Of a stretch of DNA of 20,376 nt, positions 14,816 through 20,376 are shown piece by piece. The position numbers and the translations under genes were made by a program. The notes below the pieces were generated by a model, which was not told where the DNA came from, did no database searches, and saw nothing but the letters and a program-made list of their open reading frames with translations. The DNA is from Fibrobacterota bacterium. Lineage in GTDB: Bacteria; Fibrobacterota; Fibrobacteria; UBA11236. The DNA lies in assembly GCA_043753995.1 (NCBI GenBank), contig JAYUVP010000200.1:1-20376 (forward strand). The letters run 5' to 3'. Positions within the stretch are counted from its first letter, which is position 1; each line of letters opens with the position of its first letter.

Positions 14816-16984
14816 TTAATTGATCATGACCATGGGTCCCTTGACCTCAGCCATGGCTTGACCTTCAACGCTTACCTGTAGTCCGCCAATCTTGGTTTGG
14901 CCTTTCGAGGAAATATCCATCTTGGCCTTGGCCTCCAAGGTGACTTGAGCCCCCTTCAAATTAGCGGCCGCCGTGCCTTCCAGATTGACGTTTTGCTTGC
15001 CCTTGGCGCTGAAATTCATGCCCTCGATCACGAAATCTTGCTTGGCCTTGGCATTGAAAGCTCCTGACTTGGCTTCCATGGTGATTTCCTTGGCGGAAAT
15101 ATTCAATGAGCCTTTGGCCGTCAACTCCATGTCGCCTTCGGTGGTGAGCGATACCTTGCTGCCGCCTATGTCGAATTGCAGGACATGCTTGCCATCGCCA
15201 TCTTGCAAGGCAATCATTTTGTCTTCGTCGCTGATTTTCAGGATATGGCCATTTTTTGTTTGTATCGCTAGCGTTTTTTTGCTGTCGTCCAAGGTGATGA
15301 CATGGCCGTATTTCGTCTGCAAGGTCATGATCGTGTTTTTATTGTCAAGCTTGATAAGATGGCCGCCATCCGTAGTGGCAATGCGGATATTTTCGTTCTT
15401 GTCATCGAAGACCATCTCGTTTAAATCGGTGGTCTTGACGTGAATTTCCTTGTGCTCTTTATCGTCATTCATGGCGAGCTGATGCTTACCAGAGGAAGTC
15501 AATTCGACTATGGTTTTGTCCTTGAGATCGTCGAGTTTGAGCTCATGTCCCGAAGCACTGCGTAACAGGCTTTGGGTATGATTGCGGCTCGTTACTGGGC
15601 TGGGATTCATCGGGTTAGGAATAGCTCCGACCGCCACTGGCCTATCGACATTGCCATCGATGAAGGCGAGAATCATGTCATTGCCGCTATGTATGGGAGC
15701 GTGCAGGCCATAACCTGGTCCCGCATAGGGCTGAGCCATGCGTATGGGTAGGCTGGCCTTGCCGTCTTTCAAATCCGATAAATCGAAGGGCAGCTTCACA
15801 TGGTAGCGGCCTTCCTCATCCAGGGAGGCATAGTCGCTCTTCGGGCCATCGACACGGGCCGTAATGACGCCATTGATTTTTGGGCGTTTCGCATTGGCCG
15901 TCGGTCGATAATGAATTTCGGCGGGGATGCAGACAAAGGTATTGTGATAGATCACATGGGTTTGATCCGTCTCAAAGCCTTCCCGTTGATCGCCTTGATG
16001 TTGCACGCCTACGATTAAATATTTGCCTTCAAAAGGGCTATGGGCCCCGTCTTCGAGTTCGAATCGATAACCTGAACGCATTCCTCGGGCAATTCCGGTT
16101 CCGCGCAGAACCACTTTTTCGTTTTGCAATTGGCCGATGCGGTGCGCGGCCCATTGGGTTGCCGCTGTCACGTCAAGGGTTCCGGGAGAAAAAGTTTGCA
16201 TTTCACCCTTGCCTCCTTGTCCCGTGGCGCGGGCGAAGAGGTTCACGTCGGGAGTGCGTTCGTTATAGTCTTTCACCACCGATTTGGCTGAAACGAAGCG
16301 GGTTTGTCGTACCAGGCTGGTGACATGATCCTGCTGCATATGCGATAAGCCTGCCTCTTGCTGATAAATCAGATTCGGCGTATGAGGCATGGAAGGATAA
16401 GTGCCGGCAGAATCGAAGAAAACAATTTTTTCTTTACTGCCTTCGTGATTGAAGTGAAAACAAATGCCTTCGTCCTCCAGCAGGCGAAGGATGAAATTCA
16501 GATCGGTTTCATTGTATTGCACCGTGAATTCACGCTTAGCATAGGTGCCGGTCAATTGAAATAGAAGGTCATCACCACTGGAAAGCGTATGGCTTTCCAG
16601 GACTTCCTTCACGATATCCTTCACGTCCTTGTTCTGGAAGACGCGGTTTTGTCCAGCAAATTCGAGGGCTTTGACGCGAGCCTCAATGTGAAATTCATAG
16701 AGATAGGCTTCGCGACCGAAGTCGGCGCTATGGTCGGGATGCTGGAGAAAGGTGGTCACCATGCCATGATGCGAAACAGAAAAATCGTCGCCGGACACCG
16801 TGAGGGTGGCCGGTTTGCCAATCAAATCCTCATAGGTGAGATTCGGCTCTTCCGTCACGGCCGTGAGTCGCAGCTTGAAGATTTCCGAGATATGTTCGTC
16901 CAAGGAAAAGGTCTGAACCCGGAAGCGGTCGGCAGGTTGACCTTGAATGCTCAAAGAGAATCTCTGTAGGGTGGACGAGGCCAT
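14816..16984 (-). CDS. vgrG: Type VI secretion spike protein VgrG/TssI
   Basis: 722 aa. Motifs: QNRVFQNKDV, REFTVQYNETDLNFILRLLEDEGI.F.F.H, KDYNERTP, LDEEGRYHVKLPFD, IRMAQPYAGPGYG.H.P...G..+..AF.DG..DRP, SGHELKLDD. These are followed by gp5-type beta-helix repeats; no toxin extension. Confidence 0.97.
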   Translation of the reverse strand: MASSTLQRFSLSIQGQPADRFRVQTFSLDEHISEIFKLRLTAVTEEPNLTYEDLIGKPATLTVSGDDFSVSHHGMVTTFLQHPDHSADFGREAYLYEFHIEARVKALEFAGQNRVFQNKDVKDIVKEVLESHTLSSGDDLLFQLTGTYAKREFTVQYNETDLNFILRLLEDEGICFHFNHEGSKEKIVFFDSAGTYPSMPHTPNLIYQQEAGLSHMQQDHVTSLVRQTRFVSAKSVVKDYNERTPDVNLFARATGQGGKGEMQTFSPGTLDVTAATQWAAHRIGQLQNEKVVLRGTGIARGMRSGYRFELEDGAHSPFEGKYLIVGVQHQGDQREGFETDQTHVIYHNTFVCIPAEIHYRPTANAKRPKINGVITARVDGPKSDYASLDEEGRYHVKLPFDLSDLKDGKASLPIRMAQPYAGPGYGLHAPIHSGNDMILAFIDGNVDRPVAVGAIPNPMNPSPVTSRNHTQSLLRSASGHELKLDDLKDKTIVELTSSGKHQLAMNDDKEHKEIHVKTTDLNEMVFDDKNENIRIATTDGGHLIKLDNKNTIMTLQTKYGHVITLDDSKKTLAIQTKNGHILKISDEDKMIALQDGDGKHVLQFDIGGSKVSLTTEGDMELTAKGSLNISAKEITMEAKSGAFNAKAKQDFVIEGMNFSAKGKQNVNLEGTAAANLKGAQVTLEAKAKMDISSKGQTKIGGLQVSVEGQAMAEVKGPMVMIN

Positions 16985-17036
16985 GAAACCGTCCTTTCAG
17001 GCTAATGCCAAGGCACGCAACGCGTGAGACTGGCAA

Positions 17037-17047
17037 AAGATATCACA
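17037..17047 (-). promoter_or_regulatory. Putative extended -10 element of the vgrG operon promoter
   Basis: Minus strand reads TGTG-A-TATCTT (TGn plus TAnnnT). This predicts +1 near 17030 and places the CRP-like site centre at -41.5. Confidence 0.45.
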
Positions 17048-17063
17048 CCGGGTGTCCAGAGTT

Positions 17064-17079
17064 TGTGCGCAAGATCACA
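17064..17079 (-). promoter_or_regulatory. CRP-family binding site upstream of vgrG
   Basis: Minus strand reads TGTGA-TCTTGC-GCACA, a 9/10 match to TGTGA-N6-TCACA, in the 148-bp dsbD-vgrG intergenic region. Confidence 0.55.
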
Positions 17080-17132
17080 ATCCGGCCTTTGGTCAGAATG
17101 GATAGCCGGCATGACAGGCCAGAAGGAGTGGG

Positions 17133-19493
17133 TTAAATGGTCCCGGTTGCGGCAGCCGGGGGCAGAGAATCCACTGGAAGGGCGGATTCACTTCTTGATT
17201 CGGGCTTTGGCAATTGGCTCAAAGCTTCCAAAACAATATTGGCAGACAAAATTTCGGGCAATAACCGATAGTCCGAAGCCGACTTTCCGGAATAAAGCAC
17301 ATAAACCGGCACACTCTGGCGCCCATAGCCTGCCAGTGCCGCCGTGATGGCGCCATCAGAGCGGGTCCAGTCGCCACGTAAAGCGGCGACACCGAGTTCG
17401 CGCAACTTGGCCACCACCTTGGGGTCTTGCAAGGCGATTTTTTCATTCACCTTGCAGCTCAGGCACCAGTCGGCGGTGAAATCGAGTAAAACGGGTTGCC
17501 CCTGCGCGACCAGGCTGTCCAATAGAGTTTGTCTGAAAGGCTGCCAAGGGATTTCATGCAGACCGACTCCAGCTTTGTTTATTGGCGACCCGTTCTGGCT
17601 ATGGGCGGGCATATTGTGGATGAAAAGCAAAACAAGTACAAAGGCGGGAATGAAAATGGCGAGGGCCACGGATACCGCAATAATACGGGTAGATATTTCG
17701 TGATGTAGAGCCGCCCATTTCCCTAATATCCAGGCACTTAGACCGCCCAAAAGCAAAACGGCCAAAAGGGCGATCAGGGCATCCAATCCGGCTTGGCGAC
17801 CAAGAATCCAAGCCAGCCATATAGCCGTCGCCAGCAGGGGAAAGCCCATGAATTGTTTGAGATGTTCCATCCACTCGCCCGGCTTGGGCAAGACGCGCAT
17901 GAGGCCAGGAAATCCTGACAGCAGCAAATAAGGCGAGGCCATTCCGAGACCCACAAAGGTGAATATGGCCAAAGCCACCGCCGCACTTTGGGTAAAGGCA
18001 AATCCCATAGCTGAGCCCATGAAAGGAGCAGTACAGGGCGTGGCCACCACCGTGGCGGTGACGCCCGCCATAAAGGAAGCCAGATGTCCACCGGGACCTT
18101 TTTCGCTGCGCTGGCCCAAACGGGTGAACAAATAACCCATTTCAAAAACACCGAAAAGATTGAGGCTGAAAAAGAAAAACAAGGCGCAAAGCACTACCAG
18201 AAAAGGAGGCGACTGCAATTGATAGCCCCAGCCCAATTGCTCTCCGCCCTGGCGCAATATCAACAGCAGGCCGGCCAGCAACCAAAACGAGACGAGCACG
18301 CCTGCGGTAAAGGTGAGCCCATGCATAAAGACCTTGAGCCGGGCATGTCCGGCGCGCTGGACGAAGTCGAAAATCTTGAGCGATAAAACCGGTAGAACGC
18401 ATGGCATGAGATTCAGAATGAGGCCACCTGCGAATGCCAGCACAAGCTTGAGCAGTAATTCCCAGGCGCTACCTGAAACCGGTGCCGAGCTTACGGGCAA
18501 GGTCACCCCAGCCTTCGGATCAAGCTCAGACGCATCGGGCGGGGTGGTCGTTTCCAGGGTCGACAAGGCCGGCAAAATCGCTTGCGTGTCTAGCAGGGGA
18601 ATATCGATTTCAAAAGACGTCTGAGGTTTTCCGACGGCTATCGAGTTCCGCGCGGCCACCACTCCTTGCAAGCGTTCCGGCAAGGCTGCTGTGGGATCGA
18701 AGAGCTTCAACTTCAAGGTGAGCGCCCCGCCGCTTCTTGAAAGCGATTCAGGAGCGGCATGTTCCATCCAGTCGCCTTGGCTGGGGAAAAACCACAAGCT
18801 GTCCGGAGTTTTCAATCCTGCCGGCGAATTCAGGCTCAAGAGGACATGGTCGCCAACTCGGCTCGCGCTCGCTTGCCAGTCCGATTGGGCGAGAGGCAAT
18901 TCAGCCTGAAATCGCGTGATCAAGCTCTTGGAATGGGGGGTAGGTAGGAGGCTGCCCATGGCTCCAGGCCAAGCCAAGGTGAGCGATAAATCGGCTTCTT
19001 CTGGAAGGCAAATGTCTTTGCAAACCAGCCACTTCGCTTTTGCCTTCAGTGTGATTTGACCCTGGCCTTGAGACTTTGGCGCATGGATAGCGAAAGGCAA
19101 AACCACTTCCTCGCTATAGCCATAATTCATCATCGGTTCGACGGCAATACGCTCCGGTGTCGGCCATTGCAGGCTGTCAACGCTGAAGCCCGGCGGCATG
19201 GTCCAGGTGAGGCGAACGGGCAATCCCGCATCTCCTGGATTTTTCCAATAGACATGCCAGCCCGGTTCCAAAGTCATATGCAAGCCCGCCGAAAGCGCGA
19301 CACCTGGTTTCAATTCCAGGGATTCGGCAATCAAGGTGGTCACGGCATGCTTGGCCTTTTTCTTGGGGGCCGAAGATATTTCGGTATCGGTAGGGTTGCC
19401 GAAAACCCAATTCCCGCTGAGGGTGGCAAGGCTCAAGCCGAGGCAAAACGCCGATGAAAAAAGGGAGCGGGGGGAAGTGGGGGAATAATGCAT
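17133..19493 (-). CDS. dsbD: Thiol:disulfide interchange protein DsbD family (protein-disulfide reductase)
   Basis: 786 aa with signal peptide. N-domain GWHVYWKNPGDAG...WLVCKDICLP; TM domain with NLMPCVLPVL and ATPCTAPFMG; C-terminal thioredoxin DFTADWCLSCKVNE. RBS GAAGGA. Confidence 0.92.
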   Translation of the reverse strand: MHYSPTSPRSLFSSAFCLGLSLATLSGNWVFGNPTDTEISSAPKKKAKHAVTTLIAESLELKPGVALSAGLHMTLEPGWHVYWKNPGDAGLPVRLTWTMPPGFSVDSLQWPTPERIAVEPMMNYGYSEEVVLPFAIHAPKSQGQGQITLKAKAKWLVCKDICLPEEADLSLTLAWPGAMGSLLPTPHSKSLITRFQAELPLAQSDWQASASRVGDHVLLSLNSPAGLKTPDSLWFFPSQGDWMEHAAPESLSRSGGALTLKLKLFDPTAALPERLQGVVAARNSIAVGKPQTSFEIDIPLLDTQAILPALSTLETTTPPDASELDPKAGVTLPVSSAPVSGSAWELLLKLVLAFAGGLILNLMPCVLPVLSLKIFDFVQRAGHARLKVFMHGLTFTAGVLVSFWLLAGLLLILRQGGEQLGWGYQLQSPPFLVVLCALFFFFSLNLFGVFEMGYLFTRLGQRSEKGPGGHLASFMAGVTATVVATPCTAPFMGSAMGFAFTQSAAVALAIFTFVGLGMASPYLLLSGFPGLMRVLPKPGEWMEHLKQFMGFPLLATAIWLAWILGRQAGLDALIALLAVLLLGGLSAWILGKWAALHHEISTRIIAVSVALAIFIPAFVLVLLFIHNMPAHSQNGSPINKAGVGLHEIPWQPFRQTLLDSLVAQGQPVLLDFTADWCLSCKVNEKIALQDPKVVAKLRELGVAALRGDWTRSDGAITAALAGYGRQSVPVYVLYSGKSASDYRLLPEILSANIVLEALSQLPKPESRSESALPVDSLPPAAATGTI

Positions 19494-19532
19494 GGGTCCT
19501 TCAATATACCGAGGTGTAGGGAGGGAAAAACT

Positions 19533-19952
19533 ATGCTTGCCTTGATGTTAGAACTCTTCCGGGGTGAAATCGCCACCCGCTACCTCCTTGTGGCCTTGGG
19601 TGGAGCCTTGGGGTCCATGGCGCGCGTCGCGGCGCAGGCCGCCCTGGCCTCGCGCTCAACCCTGTTCCCCTGGGGAACCTTGGGTGTCAATGTCCTCGGT
19701 TCCCTCATTATCGGCTTTTTAGCTGGCCTTTGGCTGCATTTACCCACCCAATCCCCCTGGCGCCTTTTCGCCATGGCTGGTTTTTTAGGGGGCTTTACCA
19801 CCTTCTCCAGCTTTAGCCTGGAAAATTTGAATCTCTTGCGAGCGGGCCGTGTCTGGTCGGCCTTCGGCTATATCGCCTTTAGCTTAGCCCTGGGCCTGGC
19901 GGCGACCGCTTTGGGATATTGGGTAAGCAAGTTTTTTCACCGCCTCAGTTGA
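19533..19952 (+). CDS. crcB: Fluoride efflux channel CrcB/FluC
   Basis: Motifs VALGGALGSMAR, PWGTLGVNVLGS, GFLGGFTTFSSFSLE; four hydrophobic helices. Start is probably ATG 19533 (GGAGG upstream) or 19545, not 19488. Confidence 0.95.
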   Translation: MLALMLELFRGEIATRYLLVALGGALGSMARVAAQAALASRSTLFPWGTLGVNVLGSLIIGFLAGLWLHLPTQSPWRLFAMAGFLGGFTTFSSFSLENLNLLRAGRVWSAFGYIAFSLALGLAATALGYWVSKFFHRLS

Positions 19953-19982
19953 GCTTTTATTCCATCGAAGGAGAGTTTGAGC

Positions 19983-20376
19983 ATGAAGTTTTCAAATCTT
20001 TTTTACGGCTTTCCTGTGGTGTTTGCCATAGCCTTGGCTGCGCAGGCCGATGTACTCATCACCACCTTACAACAAGATGTCGCCGGCAAATCTGCACCAC
20101 GTCATACCGAGGTTTTGCTTGCCAAGGACAAGCTGCGCCTCGACATTCAAGGCGATAAGCCTATCACTTTGATCTATCGCAAAGACAAAGACGCTTTTTG
20201 GATGATAGATGCCGCAGCCAAGACCTATACCGAAATGACATCGAAAGATCTCGAAGCCATGGGCGAGGCCATCGCGGATGCCCGCAAGAAAATGCAAGAG
20301 CAATTAAAAAATCTCCCTCCCGAACAGCAGGCCATGATGGAGAAAATGATGGGCGGCATGCTGGCCGAACCGGAAC
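19983..20376 (+). CDS. Exported DUF4412-like protein (partial, runs off the window)
   Basis: Not in the ORF track. Hand translation: MKFSNLFYGFPVVFAIALAAQA|DVLITT...DKLRLDIQGDKPITLIYRKDKDAFWMIDAAAKTYTEMT...QEQLKNLPPEQQAMMEKMMGG. Strong RBS GAAGGAG; AQA signal peptidase I site. Confidence 0.75.
   Translation, partial: MKFSNLFYGFPVVFAIALAAQADVLITTLQQDVAGKSAPRHTEVLLAKDKLRLDIQGDKPITLIYRKDKDAFWMIDAAAKTYTEMTSKDLEAMGEAIADARKKMQEQLKNLPPEQQAMMEKMMGGMLAEPE

Noticed and set aside
14816..15560. Evolved VgrG with a C-terminal toxin
   Set aside because: The C-terminus is only gp5-like beta-helix repeats (GH.+.+DD..K.+.+.T), with no enzyme motif.
16985..17060. Sigma-54 promoter for vgrG
   Set aside because: GGCA-containing words occur, but none has the TGGCAC-N5-TTGC spacing in the right orientation.
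17081..17125. Hairpin after dsbD (TCTGGCCT...AGGCCGGA on minus) as an intrinsic terminator
   Set aside because: The stem is interrupted, the loop is large, and there is no U-tract, so the call is not supportable.
19440..19532. Fluoride riboswitch upstream of crcB
   Set aside because: I see no GGCGATGG...TGATG.C.CC-type conserved core, and there is only 39 bp of intergenic space.
1..20376. Prophage, IS element, CRISPR array, tRNA or rRNA
   Set aside because: I saw no integrase, transposase, capsid or terminase genes, no regularly spaced direct repeats, and no intergenic space for RNA genes. The endolysin-like and spike genes are explained by the T6SS context.

Overview
Bacterial genomic window. 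Most of it (1-16984, minus strand) is one tightly packed auxiliary type VI secretion (T6SS) spike/effector operon with no core tss genes in view. In transcription order it contains: vgrG; a DUF2169 adaptor; a PAAR-tipped effector with a C-terminal Zn DD-peptidase-like (M15/LAS-type) domain; an ankyrin lipoprotein (probable immunity); an AT-richer run of small, mostly exported proteins, two resembling the M949_RS01915 family; a PrcB_C-domain exported protein; a 1769-aa signal-less subtilisin (S8) with an OmpA-like/peptidoglycan-binding unit inserted in it and four C-terminal Ig-like repeats; an 885-aa protein with lysozyme-like, PG-binding and M15 peptidase domains; and a lipoprotein that runs off the left edge and is absent from the ORF track. 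A CRP-type site with exact class II spacing to an extended -10 lies upstream of vgrG. The right side is housekeeping: dsbD (minus), then crcB/fluC and a partial DUF4412-like exported protein (plus). The most novel element is the putative subtilisin effector paired with a PrcB-like partner. All family calls are by-eye motif recognition; no searches were run.
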